This document shows, one piece after another, positions 28,389 to 38,843 of a stretch of DNA of 64,000 bases. Both the position numbers and the translations under genes were made by a program. The notes beneath the pieces were generated by a model. It made no database searches. It saw only the letters and a list, made by a program, of their open reading frames with translations, and was not told the DNA's origin. Position 1 is the first letter of the stretch. Each line of letters begins with the position of its first letter. Origin of the DNA: Candidatus Marinacidobacterales bacterium (GTDB taxonomy: Bacteria > Acidobacteriota > Vicinamibacteria > Marinacidobacterales > DATDRI01). The DNA is taken from positions 5,568,001 through 5,632,000 of the forward strand of contig OZ245365.1 of assembly GCA_965226495.1 (NCBI GenBank), read 5' to 3'.

Positions 28389-29249
28389 CTACTCTTCCAC
28401 GTCACCGGAAACGAGAGTCGCGAACGCGGCACGCAGCAAATGTTGGCGGTCCTCCGGCACCAAGGTGGATAATCGGAGGGGTTGATCCGGTCTCCGAACG
28501 CGCAGGTGGGAAGACTCTTCTAGGCTCGTCGTTCCGTCGAGACACTCCGCTACGACCCGCACCGCATCGGCAGGATCCGCGAAACGCGATCGCAAAGCCG
28601 GGTCCTGCTTCCACTGGTGAAGAAACTCCGTCCAACGTTCTTCCACGAAGCGCGTCTCGCTCTCTCCTAGAAGTGCAAAGAGCCGGGCAGCTTGCCTTTC
28701 GAACCTACCAAGCGCCTTGTACGGAAGAGTTCGCCCTAAGATCCGAGAGTAACCACCGAGTAACGCCTCGATGGACGCTACCTTCAGCGGAACGAGCCAG
28801 GAATCCATGACTCGCTTTAGCTTCGCCTGCCGATCGTGGTCAACTAGCTCCGACAGGGGTGGCTCTCCATCCGGCTCGTAGCTCAGAAAAGTGTGGCTCC
28901 CCAACGCCTCGATCACGTCGGAGAGAAAATCCGACGGCCGATAGTATTTGTTGGTCAGACAGAGATTCACGCTGGAGTTGGCGATAGCCTCGAGCTCGGC
29001 GGTCTCGGCGGCATTGCCCAAGTTGAACAACCGGTCCAACTGGGAGCGGAACGAGCCCGCATCGGCGTACGATTGGCGCACCTCGGCGTCCTGACCCGTT
29101 CCATGCCGGTAGTGACGGAGGCTCCGTTGAATCTCCCGCTGGTGGTACCACTGTCGCGTCTTCGCGGCGAGCTTCTGGACAATCTTCAAAGACCTGACTT
29201 TCGCCCTTCTACCAACCGAACTATAGTAGGCAGCCTCGTCGAGAAACAA
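28389..29249 (-). CDS. Hypothetical protein
   Basis: 286-aa ORF with protein-like composition filling the gap upstream of the SDR; no motif recognised; start uncertain. Confidence 0.55.
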   Translation of the reverse strand: MFLDEAAYYSSVGRRAKVRSLKIVQKLAAKTRQWYHQREIQRSLRHYRHGTGQDAEVRQSYADAGSFRSQLDRLFNLGNAAETAELEAIANSSVNLCLTNKYYRPSDFLSDVIEALGSHTFLSYEPDGEPPLSELVDHDRQAKLKRVMDSWLVPLKVASIEALLGGYSRILGRTLPYKALGRFERQAARLFALLGESETRFVEERWTEFLHQWKQDPALRSRFADPADAVRVVAECLDGTTSLEESSHLRVRRPDQPLRLSTLVPEDRQHLLRAAFATLVSGDVEE

Positions 29250-29276
29250 GCGAGGGATTAAATAGGGAGGAAGGTC

Positions 29277-30107
29277 ATGAAATCAGCTCTTGTGTCCTTG
29301 CTTTTCTTGCTCGCTTCTTCGACGCTCGGGCCCAACTCATCGGAGCAAAGAAGGGCCCCGTCGCCATGGGCCACCATCATTTCTTCGTGACCGACGTCGA
29401 TGCCCACCTGAAACTGTGGACGGAGCTTCTCGGCGCAGAGCCGGTCAAGCTGGCCGAGTACAATGTCTTGAGGCTCCCGAATCTCATCATTTTTATCACC
29501 GAGAACCCACCCGCGGGCGGCACCAAGGGCACCATCGTGAACCACATAGGATTGCAGGTGCGAGAGCTCCGGCCGCTGATCGCGAAGCTGAAGGCGGCCG
29601 GTGCCGATGTAGCGACCAAGAGAGAGGTCCCTGCGGCCGAAGACGACGTCTTCTATTTCGAGGATACCGACTCCTACCTCGCCTTCGTGATGGGCCCGGA
29701 CCACACGAAGGTGGAGCTCGTCGAGAACCGGGCGCTCGACGCCCCCATCGCCAATCACCACATTCACTTCTCCACCCCCGAGGTGGACGAGATGAAGGAC
29801 TGGTACGTCCGGCTCTTCGGTGCAACACCCGGCAAACGCGGTAAGTGGGAGGCTGCCGATCTACCCGGCGTCAACCTAACATTCACCGCCACGAAAGAAC
29901 CGGTGGTGGGCATTCAGGGCCGCGTACTCAATCACATCGGCTTCGAGGTTCAGAACCTCGAGTCTTTTTGTAAGAAGCTAGAGAGCATGGGCGTGAAGTT
30001 CGATCGTCCCTACCGCGAGATCCCCGAGCTGGGCGTCGGCTTGGCCTTCTTGACCGACCCTTGGGGGAACATACATCGAGCTTACTGAAGGGCTCGACGA
30101 ACTCTAG
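29277..30107 (+). CDS. Secreted VOC/glyoxalase-family protein, frameshifted at both ends
   Basis: GGAGG RBS and signal peptide from 29277; MGHHHF, NHIGL, HHIHF, NHIGFEV. Removing one G at 30062-30067 gives DPWGTYIELTEGLDEL*. Confidence 0.82.
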
Positions 30108-30116
30108 GGTATCGTC

Positions 30117-31613
30117 ATGTCAATCCAAACATCGGTCGCCTTCTTTGGAATTCTCTTCGCCCTTGGTCCAGGAGGCAGCTCGCAAATAGCCAAACACCTC
30201 CCGCCTTTCATCCCAGCCAGCCAGAGCTCTTTCTCGAGCCGGGGGCCCTGACCAATGCCGACTTCGACGGAGACGGCGACCTCGACCTCTTCGTCGGCTT
30301 CCGCATCGGTCACGTCAATCGCATGTATCGGAATGACGGCGGTCGCTTCGACGATGTCGCCGCCGAGATCGGTCTCAACGATGTCGCCGAGAGCCGTGCT
30401 GCCGCCTGGGGAGACTACGACGGTGACGGTCACCTCGATCTCTTCGTCGGCTTCGCGCGCGGAACGACTAGCAAGAACCGGCTCTATCGCAACGAGGGTA
30501 ACGGGAAGCGCTTCACCGATGTCGCCCCCACGTTGGGGTTAGACCTCGTCGGAACGACTCGCCAGGTCACTTGGGTGGACTTCGACAACGACGGCGATGT
30601 CGATCTATTCATCGCCTTCCGTGATCTTCCGAACGTATTGATGAGAAACGATGGGGGTCGGTTCACGGATATCTCCAAGGAGCTCGGGATCGACGACCCG
30701 AGGAAAACGGTCGGCGCTGTTTGGTTCGATTTCGACGAGGACGGGGACCTCGATCTTTTCGTCGCCAACATGGATGGCACCGCCAACGCTCTGTTCCGCA
30801 ACGAAGGGACGCATTTCGAGGATCGCGCCGCCGAGCTCGGCCTGGCCGGTGGTGGCCGGCCGCTGGGCCAAGCCGAGTACGGAAGCGTCCGGGCCTGCGT
30901 GGTCGACTTCGATACCGACGGGGATCTGGATCTTTTCGTCGCCAACTACGGCCCCAACGCGCTCTATCGAAATGAGGGCGGCGGCAACTTCGTCAACGTC
31001 GCACCGGAGATGGGGTTGGCCATCGACAGTCGCTACGACTCTTGTGCCTGGGGCGACTACGACAACGACGGGCGGCCCGATCTCTATGCCAACGGAACGG
31101 TGAGCCGGTTATTGAACTATCGGGACTACCTATTTCACAACCAGGGGGATTTCTTCGTCAACGTAACTCCCCCAATCGTTCTACACCAAGAATCGGATCA
31201 CGGTGTCCAATGGGCGGATGTCGATGGTGACGGTGACCTCGATCTCGCCATTACCGGCGCCAACCACTACCTGTTACTCAATCTGTTACGACCGGATAGG
31301 GCGCGCCGATCCATGCAGGTTCTGGTGACGATGCCGAAGGCCACTATACGCGCGCCGGCGCGGAGGTGCGCATTTATGGATCGCGGAACGGCAAGCTACT
31401 GGGCACCGGAATAATGGACACCGGCTCAGGGTATAACTCGCAAAACGCGATGCCCCTTCATTTCGGTTTGTCGGAAGGCGGGCCAGTCGACGTCGAGATC
31501 GCATCGATGACCCGCGACGGGAGGACGATCGATCGAGTGAAGGATGTGGACCGGAAGCTCTCGCCAACCGCCCTCTGGTGGTGAAAGTCGGACTAGACGG
31601 TCACCTCCGCTAA
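30117..31613 (+). CDS. CRTAC1-family FG-GAP/ASPIC-UnbV protein, several frameshifts
   Basis: Many DFDxDGDLDLFV repeats; GSGYNSQN...HFGL in ORF 31366..31584; the N- and C-termini lie in other frames. Confidence 0.8.
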
Positions 31614-34073
31614 TTATTCGATGCGCAGCGCGACCAGCGGGTCCACGCGAGAAGCGCGGTACGCCGGAGCGTAGCACGCGACGAGTGCGATCAGCGTTAA
31701 CAAGGCGGCGGCCCCTGCAAAGCTCAACGGGTCGGCCGGACTCACTTCGTAGAGAAGCGTTCCGAGTGACCTCGCCAAGACAAGTGACATGGCGAGCCCT
31801 GCCACCGCACCCACCACGACTAGCTTCATTCCCTGCGCCAGCACCCTCGCCCGAACTTGGCCGGGTCCTTCACCAAGCGCCATTCGAATCCCGATTTCTC
31901 GCGTCTGCCGGCCGACGTAATAGGAAATGACGCCGAAGATGCCGAGCGAGGTGAGGAGCAGCGCCGCGGCCCCAAAAATTCCCATCAGGGCGAGAGAGAA
32001 TCGGGATTGAGCGAGCGCCTCCTCCACGTAGGTAGCCATCGGCGCCAGATCGTTGACTGGCAGGTCGGGATCGAGCGACGCGACTTCGTTCCGAATGAGC
32101 GGTGTTAAATGAGCAAGACGGGCGGGATCACCCTCTGCGCGTAGGACAACCGAAAAACTACGATCCAACGAACCGGGGAAGTAGATCTGCGGCCGCACAT
32201 CCACTCGAAGATCAAGGAGGCGAACATGCTCGACCACCCCGACGACTTCGGCGAACGGTTCGTCGCTGCCGGTGGGCCCGATCTGAAGCCGCTCTCCGAC
32301 CGCGTTGCCTCCCGGCCATACGCGTGCCGCCAGGCTCGTATCGATGACGATGACCTGGCGATCGTTCTCCGCGTCCTGCTCGGTAAAAAAACGCCCGGCG
32401 ATCAGGCGCGTACCTAGGCTTGGAAAGAAATCCGGCGACACTTCTCTGTCGTCTGCCGTCACACTCTCCCAATTGCGTGCCGTCTCTTCATCGTAAGCGT
32501 ACGGCTGAAGAGATCCACTCCCCGTCAATGGTAGCTGGGAGGTCGCACCCACCGAGACGACTCCCGGCAAACCCAGCAGATTGTCTTTCAGCTCGCGATA
32601 AAAAACTTTGCGAGCCGCTTCCTCCTCGTATTTCGAGCCGGGGAGAGACAGATTGAACGTGATCAACCCTTCTGGCTCGAAACCGGGCCGCACCTGCTGG
32701 AGCGAGGCGAAGCTACGGATCATGAGCCCTGCGCCAATCAAGAGCATCAGCGAAAGAGCGACTTCGGCGACGACCAATACGTTCCTCAACCGGTTGTGAC
32801 CACCGAACTCTGTCCCCCGTCCCCCTTCCTTCAGGCTGCTCACCAGATCAACTCTGGCACCTTGAAGCGCGGGGACGAGTCCGAAAACGACCGCGGTAAG
32901 AAGGCTCAGTGTCGCAGCGAAGAACAAGACCGACTCATCGATGCCAATCTCAGCTAGTCGTGGGAGATTCGCGGGGCCAAGCACCGTCAGTGCCGCGAGC
33001 CCGGCGTGGGTAATCGCCAATCCAAGCGCACCCCCACCGAGTGCCAACAAGAGGCTCTCCATCAAGAGTCTTCCGGTCATCCGAAATCGGCTCGCGCCCA
33101 GGGCGGACTGAATCGCGAACTCCTTCTCTCTCGCTGTGCCGCGCGCCAAGAGCAAGTTCGCCACGTTGGCACAAACGATGAGCAACACGAACCCCACCGC
33201 CCCGAGAAGCGCAACGAGCACCGGTTGTGCGTTCTTGACGACGTCGTAGTGAAGAGGCACCACACGGATCATGAGGTTCGACGACTCGTGTACGGCGTGC
33301 TCGGCCCTAAGATCGGCTGCGATTCCGTCCATCTCCGCTTGCGCCTGCTCGAAGGTAACTCCTGGCTTCAGCCGACCGAAGACTGAGAAAAACGTGTAGT
33401 TTCTCGGCGGCATTTGGCCGTAGTCGACCTGGAGCGGGATCCAGACGTCGGAATGTTTGAGCATGAAAGCCTCAGCGGGAAGGAGGAGCCTGAATCCATC
33501 GGGCAGAATCCCGACCACGGTATGGTCGACGTGGTCAATCTGGATGGTGCGACCCACGAGCTCGGAATCGCCTCCGAACCTTCGCTGCCAGAGGCCGTGG
33601 CTGATCATCGCAACTTTCGGGCCGTTGGAAATCTCTTCCCCCGGCTCGAAGTGCCGCCCGAGCATCGGGTCGACACCGAAGAGAGGAAAGAAGTTTGCAC
33701 TAACCGGTGAGAGGTCGATCCTTTCCGGCTCGCCTTCTCCTGTCAAAACGCCGGTGAGCCCAGTGATGCGGTCACCCGAGGCGGCGGCGAATTCCTCGAA
33801 GAGTTGGCTCTTCTCTTGGTAGTCGCGGTAATCGAGGGGGTGGACCGCCGGCAAGGACTGAGCGCCTTGGCCGAGATCATTCCAAATGACCGCCAGCCGG
33901 TCGGGTGCGGCGTAGGGGAGCGGTTGCATCAACACACCGTGAACAACACTAAAGATGGTAGTGTTGGCGCCGATCCCGAGGGCAAGCGTGATGATGACCA
34001 GGATCGAGAAGCCCGCGTTTTTTCTCAAGGCTCGGGCGGCGTACTTCAAATCGCTGAAGATCGATTCCAACAT
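31614..34073 (-). CDS. Duplicated MacB/FtsX ABC permease (acidobacterial ADOP type)
   Basis: DLKYAARALRK.GF...LALGIGANT, LLIVCANVANLLLAR, REIGIRMALG, PA.RASRVDP..ALR.E. Confidence 0.93.
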   Translation of the reverse strand: MLESIFSDLKYAARALRKNAGFSILVIITLALGIGANTTIFSVVHGVLMQPLPYAAPDRLAVIWNDLGQGAQSLPAVHPLDYRDYQEKSQLFEEFAAASGDRITGLTGVLTGEGEPERIDLSPVSANFFPLFGVDPMLGRHFEPGEEISNGPKVAMISHGLWQRRFGGDSELVGRTIQIDHVDHTVVGILPDGFRLLLPAEAFMLKHSDVWIPLQVDYGQMPPRNYTFFSVFGRLKPGVTFEQAQAEMDGIAADLRAEHAVHESSNLMIRVVPLHYDVVKNAQPVLVALLGAVGFVLLIVCANVANLLLARGTAREKEFAIQSALGASRFRMTGRLLMESLLLALGGGALGLAITHAGLAALTVLGPANLPRLAEIGIDESVLFFAATLSLLTAVVFGLVPALQGARVDLVSSLKEGGRGTEFGGHNRLRNVLVVAEVALSLMLLIGAGLMIRSFASLQQVRPGFEPEGLITFNLSLPGSKYEEEAARKVFYRELKDNLLGLPGVVSVGATSQLPLTGSGSLQPYAYDEETARNWESVTADDREVSPDFFPSLGTRLIAGRFFTEQDAENDRQVIVIDTSLAARVWPGGNAVGERLQIGPTGSDEPFAEVVGVVEHVRLLDLRVDVRPQIYFPGSLDRSFSVVLRAEGDPARLAHLTPLIRNEVASLDPDLPVNDLAPMATYVEEALAQSRFSLALMGIFGAAALLLTSLGIFGVISYYVGRQTREIGIRMALGEGPGQVRARVLAQGMKLVVVGAVAGLAMSLVLARSLGTLLYEVSPADPLSFAGAAALLTLIALVACYAPAYRASRVDPLVALRIE

Positions 34074-34221
34074 GGTGCTCTCCAAGAGGTTTTAGAGTGA
34101 TTCTCGCCAGATTGCTCCCTGTACGATAATACGTGAAGCCGAGCCGGAAGTTTCACGGGAACTCACAAATTTCCCAAGGCCTTGATTCAAAAGGGAGTGA
34201 ATTGCTGGCTGGAGCTCGTCA

Positions 34222-36057
34222 TCACTTCGTTGGGAGAGTCACCACAAAAGTCGTCCCTTTGCCCAACTCGCTGGCGACGCGGATCTCTCCGCCCAGCTCT
34301 TGAATGACCTGCCGGGCTGTAAAGAGACTCCAGTTTCCAGCCGAGATACGGCCATCGGCGATCTGAAAGGCGGGATCAAAGAGGCGCCCAACCTCGTCGG
34401 GTGCCAGCCCGTTCCCATTGTTTTGGATCCGAACCTCGATCCGCTCACCCGAAGCCTCGGTCGAGACGGCGACCTTACCGGCACCTTCGGTTTGCCGACA
34501 TGCCTCACTCGCGTACCGGAGCAGACTGGAAAAGCTGGCGCTCAACGATAGTCGGTGGCAATGCACCAACGGAAGCTCGCTGGTCGTCAAATGAATTTCG
34601 ACGGATGGCTCCTCCGCGAGCGCCACCACGTCGGAAAGCAACTCGTTGAGATCGACGGCCTGAACCTCCGCGCGATCCAGATTCGTGAAACGTTGGATGC
34701 GCGCAATGACTTGCTCCATGCGCTCCAAGGAAGCGTCCAGCGACTTCTTCAGATCGGCCTGTACTGCTTCCAGGCGCGCCTGCTCCTCGGGCGGCGCCGA
34801 GCCTCTTCTGACCGCTGCACGCACTAGAGTATCGACCGTGCTTTTCAAGGTTCCGAGGGGAGTGTTGAACTCGTGGCTCAAGGCGGCCGCCAACCGGCCA
34901 AGACTCTCGACGTTCTCGGCGACCAACATCCGCCGTTGCATCTCCCATCGTTCGCGCTCGATCCGAATGCCGGCCACGTTCGCCATGGCGGTCAGAAGGT
35001 TCAGATCGTCGCCGTTGAATTCCCGTCGCCGATCAACGGAATCCAGGTACATCAGTCCGATGACCCGATCTTCCGTTTGGAGAGGGACCGCGATCAACGA
35101 ATGCACTCCCTGATCGACGACGGTACGGCTCCCCTTCAGGAGCTGGTCCTCTAACACGTCGCGGACTAAAAGGGAGGTCTTTTCCTTCAGCACTTTGTCT
35201 CGCACGGTGGTACTGATTCGAAGCTCGGTACCGCGCGAGGCTTGTACCACCAACCGGTCCGCCTCGTCGAGCGTCAGCAGCACCCCACGCTCGGCGCCGA
35301 CCGCCTCCAACGATAGATCAAGCGTGATGTGGAACAGTTCTGGCAGCGGCCGCCGCACTGCTAGCTCCCGACCGGCGCGCACGAATGCCCAGAGTGCGCC
35401 GACCTGAGGGCCCCGAGCAGCGTCGGCAATGATTTGGCTGTCGGAACGTCCGGATGACAGGATTTCTTTCAGAGACGTGCTTTCCGCACTCAGCGGCGTG
35501 GCGTCCGTCGGCGGCTCGAATCTCACACTGCGGCGACTGGCGCTCGGTCCCGTGAACGTCATCGTCACGTAGCTGGCGACGATGGTATCGCCCGGCTCGA
35601 GATAGTGCCGACTCCCCACAACCGCACCGTTCACAAACGTGCCATTCTTGCTCGCCAGGTTCTTCACGAACCATTGATCTCCTTCTTTCTCGAGGGTCAG
35701 GTGCCGGCGAGAGAGACCGTCATCATCCGGGAAGGAAAGCGTGTTGGTGGCCGACCTCCCGACAGAGATCGTACTGTCCTCGAGGCGAATCGAGGTAGCT
35801 CGGCCGGACGGTGCGTCTACGAGAAGCACCGGCACGAGGTCCACTCCCTCGCGAGCCACGGTCCTGGCTTCTGTGCCCGGAGTCGAGCCTTCGAGAGACT
35901 CCCGAGAAGGACCGTGATTTCCGAGAAACGATTCCACTTCCTTGCGGAGCTCGTCGTCTCCGGCACAGGCTTCGTCTAGAAACTTCGCACGCTCGGGGCC
36001 GCCTTTTCTCAGCGCGGACAGGTAAAGATCCTCGACTCGCTTCTGTCGCTCCGTCAC
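34222..36057 (-). CDS. FHA-GAF-histidine-kinase-like signalling protein
   Basis: FHA (VGRS, LSRRH, SKNGTFVNG), GAF (AVPL...VIGLMYLD...DDLNLL), H-box SHEFNTPL and a degenerate HATPase. GTG at 36057 follows GGAG (ORF track starts at 36090). Confidence 0.88.
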   Translation of the reverse strand: MTERQKRVEDLYLSALRKGGPERAKFLDEACAGDDELRKEVESFLGNHGPSRESLEGSTPGTEARTVAREGVDLVPVLLVDAPSGRATSIRLEDSTISVGRSATNTLSFPDDDGLSRRHLTLEKEGDQWFVKNLASKNGTFVNGAVVGSRHYLEPGDTIVASYVTMTFTGPSASRRSVRFEPPTDATPLSAESTSLKEILSSGRSDSQIIADAARGPQVGALWAFVRAGRELAVRRPLPELFHITLDLSLEAVGAERGVLLTLDEADRLVVQASRGTELRISTTVRDKVLKEKTSLLVRDVLEDQLLKGSRTVVDQGVHSLIAVPLQTEDRVIGLMYLDSVDRRREFNGDDLNLLTAMANVAGIRIERERWEMQRRMLVAENVESLGRLAAALSHEFNTPLGTLKSTVDTLVRAAVRRGSAPPEEQARLEAVQADLKKSLDASLERMEQVIARIQRFTNLDRAEVQAVDLNELLSDVVALAEEPSVEIHLTTSELPLVHCHRLSLSASFSSLLRYASEACRQTEGAGKVAVSTEASGERIEVRIQNNGNGLAPDEVGRLFDPAFQIADGRISAGNWSLFTARQVIQELGGEIRVASELGKGTTFVVTLPTK

Positions 36058-36211
36058 ACCATGCTCCGAGTCGGCGGTAGCTCCTGCCATTCTGGGGGAG
36101 CCGCGGAAGAAGGGGAATTCATGAAGGCATCCTTAATAGGGAAGTCGGGCGGACCCATTATAGATTTGGGGTCAGTTTTTCGGCAATCAAACGCCGGCAA
36201 GAAAACCACCC

Positions 36212-37963
36212 TCAAACGATCAGCCGCACACCACCTAGCTCCGCCAGCCCGTACAAGAAGTGGCCTCCGGGAGAGCCGATGAACATGAAATTCGTCGGAA
36301 CGTTCCACTCCTTAGACAGTTTCTGGATGAGCTTCGGGCCGAACTTACCGTGCTGCACCACGAACTCGATATCGATTTCAGGGTAGGCCTCGTCGAGGAA
36401 CTTGAGGTCTTTCTTGAGCCGCGGAGGAACCTCGCTTTCGTCCTGAACCACGGTGACGACCTTGATCCGGTTGGTGTGCTCGTTGTTCCGGACGTAGAGC
36501 ATCGCTTCGTTGAGGTTGTGGAGCTTCTCACCACGGGTGAAGAAAACAACCTGCTGTGAATTGATCTCCTCGATCTTGATGCGGATGGCCTGAGAAAGGG
36601 TGGTGGTGGTGTCGCCGATACTTTGGCTGATGCGCCTCAATATGAAAAGACACGCCTTGAGCAGCCCAATGCGTCCGAGCATGGCGAAGACCACCAGTAC
36701 CGTAGGTATGAAATAAATTAGGAACACGCGGAAGTAGGCCGGGTTGGCCAAGAGGTTCCCGGCCAGCCCTGCCAGTACCGCGAGGATTCCCACGATGAGA
36801 GCGAGCCAAGAAGCCCTCGATGGACGGGGAAGACGAGCTCTCTTGACCTTCAAGAGGATATTGCCGATGCCGAAAAGCACCATGACGGCGAGGAACGAGA
36901 TGGTATAGACGCCGGCGAGCTTGGTCAGTTCACCTTCGGTAATGTAGATGACGGAGGCGCTGATTAGGAAAAAACTAATAATGATGAAATGGCTCGTCCC
37001 CCGGCGATTAGTTTTGAGAAAGAACTGAGGAAGCCCTCGGTCCAGAGTCATGCGCCTCAACAAACCGGTGACACCAACATAGGACGTCAAGACCGCCCCG
37101 CTCAGAACGAGTCCCGCATCGACGGAAATTAGCCAGGAGAACCAAGCACCACCCGCGATACCGCCCATATGAGATAGGAGCGCCTCCTTGTGTGGCCCGA
37201 CCTCGGGAATGGGCACCAGCGCCAGCGCCAGAAAGGCCATGGCTGGATTGAAGATGCTCACCGCGATCCACATGTTCCGAAGCGTGCGGGGGAAGACATT
37301 CTCCGCCTGTTCCTCCACGAAGTTGGCAGAGCTTTCGAAGCCCGAGATGCCGAGCATTGCCGCTGCAAACCCGAAGAACAAGGCGCGGGGGAGGCTCGCC
37401 GTCGGTGTCTGGAAATTCGAGACCAGCACATCCAGACCATTGTTGGCAAGAAAGATGCCCCCGACCACTAGGAGTAACGTCAGTGTCACCAAGTGAGTGA
37501 TGAAAATGACGACCGCAACCTTCGCCGATTCGGTGATCCCGATAATGGTGAGCACCATGAAGACGGCGAGCAAAGCGACCGTGGCGGGAATGACGGGAAT
37601 CCCGTGCCACAAAGATTGAATGTAGTGCATGGCCTCGCTCGCCGAGATCACCGCAGTGGCCATATACGACAAAACGGTCAGGCATGCGGCCAGCGACGCC
37701 ATGCGTTTGCTGGTCGTGTTGAGAAGCGCGTTATAGGCGCCACCGTTTAGTGGTAGGGCGCCTACGACCTCGGCATAAATTCCACGAAAGAGATAGAGGA
37801 CCGCGGCAACGAAGAGCAGGACGAGCCCCGCCCATTTTCCCGCGGCCATGATCGCAAGCGCGGAAACGTAGAGGCACGACGAAGTGATGTCGTTACCGCA
37901 AATAGCGGTCGCCGGGAGCTCGCCCAGGCCTCCATGTTTTCTCTCGGTGACGTGCTCGGCCAC
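36212..37963 (-). CDS. APC-superfamily amino acid permease with C-terminal soluble domain
   Basis: AICGNDITSSCLY, LPLNGGAY, GISGFESSA; about 12-14 TM segments. Confidence 0.88.
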   Translation of the reverse strand: MAEHVTERKHGGLGELPATAICGNDITSSCLYVSALAIMAAGKWAGLVLLFVAAVLYLFRGIYAEVVGALPLNGGAYNALLNTTSKRMASLAACLTVLSYMATAVISASEAMHYIQSLWHGIPVIPATVALLAVFMVLTIIGITESAKVAVVIFITHLVTLTLLLVVGGIFLANNGLDVLVSNFQTPTASLPRALFFGFAAAMLGISGFESSANFVEEQAENVFPRTLRNMWIAVSIFNPAMAFLALALVPIPEVGPHKEALLSHMGGIAGGAWFSWLISVDAGLVLSGAVLTSYVGVTGLLRRMTLDRGLPQFFLKTNRRGTSHFIIISFFLISASVIYITEGELTKLAGVYTISFLAVMVLFGIGNILLKVKRARLPRPSRASWLALIVGILAVLAGLAGNLLANPAYFRVFLIYFIPTVLVVFAMLGRIGLLKACLFILRRISQSIGDTTTTLSQAIRIKIEEINSQQVVFFTRGEKLHNLNEAMLYVRNNEHTNRIKVVTVVQDESEVPPRLKKDLKFLDEAYPEIDIEFVVQHGKFGPKLIQKLSKEWNVPTNFMFIGSPGGHFLYGLAELGGVRLIV

Positions 37964-37990
37964 GTTATTACAGAGAGCTGTGACGAAGCA

Positions 37991-38608
37991 CTATTGGGGT
38001 TGGCGAAATGCGAAGACGATGTAGACGAAACCCGGAGCCGGGCGTCCCTCGTGACTCGCAGCGCTGAAGGTCCACGCCCTGGCCGCCTGCAGTGCCGCAC
38101 CGTCGAATCCGGAAGACTCGGTTATGGTCTTAGCGGACATCACCGAGCCGGTGTCTCCGACTTCGACCTCGACCAGCACGTAGGCGCTGCCGATGGCATT
38201 CGGCGGATAGTTGGGGACTTCGAGGGAGGTTGGAAAGGGAACCTCGTCGGAAGGCTGCGCGTCGACTTCCCTTGGCGCGTCGGGTTTGGGAAACATCAGC
38301 ATGGCGGGCCGGAAGACTCCCGCTACCAATACATGAGTGTCCACCCGTTGACCTCCGCCGCGGGCGGGATTGAAGGTCCAGCGACTAGCAGATGTCCGAA
38401 GGACTTCGGTAAAGGGCTCGACATCCACGAGGTCGCGTACATTGGTCACCGACCCGCGCGCGTCGACCGTTAGCTCCACGCCGACTACCGCCGCGGCCGC
38501 CGTCCGATAAGGTATTTCTCCTACTTGTGCGCTCGCGACGCGGGCCGGCTCGAACCTCTGCACTACCGTCAACGTCATCGCAAAAAAGAAGATCGCCGTT
38601 CTCAACAT
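37991..38608 (-). CDS. Protein with two TonB C-terminal-like domains
   Basis: Signal/anchor, then two repeats of V.V...G.V....A..WTF.PA...G; GGAGG RBS. Confidence 0.75.
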   Translation of the reverse strand: MLRTAIFFFAMTLTVVQRFEPARVASAQVGEIPYRTAAAAVVGVELTVDARGSVTNVRDLVDVEPFTEVLRTSASRWTFNPARGGGQRVDTHVLVAGVFRPAMLMFPKPDAPREVDAQPSDEVPFPTSLEVPNYPPNAIGSAYVLVEVEVGDTGSVMSAKTITESSGFDGAALQAARAWTFSAASHEGRPAPGFVYIVFAFRQPQ

Positions 38609-38686
38609 ACATTGCCTCCGAGTGTTTAGAACAAGGTATCAGAATCTGGCAGAGGTGTAAAAGTTGAACGTATCCTGAGCCCTCTG

Positions 38687-38721
38687 CCCCTCACCCTACC
38701 CTCACCCCAAAGGGAAGAGGG
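38687..38721. repeat. CCCTCACCC...GAGGG-type palindromic repeat
   Basis: CCCCTCACCCTACCCTCACCCCAAAGGGAAGAGGG; related to the element at 50608-50660. Confidence 0.45.
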
Positions 38722-38843
38722 AATAATAATTGCCGCCCGGGTGCACTGATTTGAACAAGAGAAACGATGGCTTCGATCTCGGCCGGGTCTCTGTGTTACC
38801 TTTGGTCGGTGCGTCGACGCCTATAGAATATCGGAGACATCCC

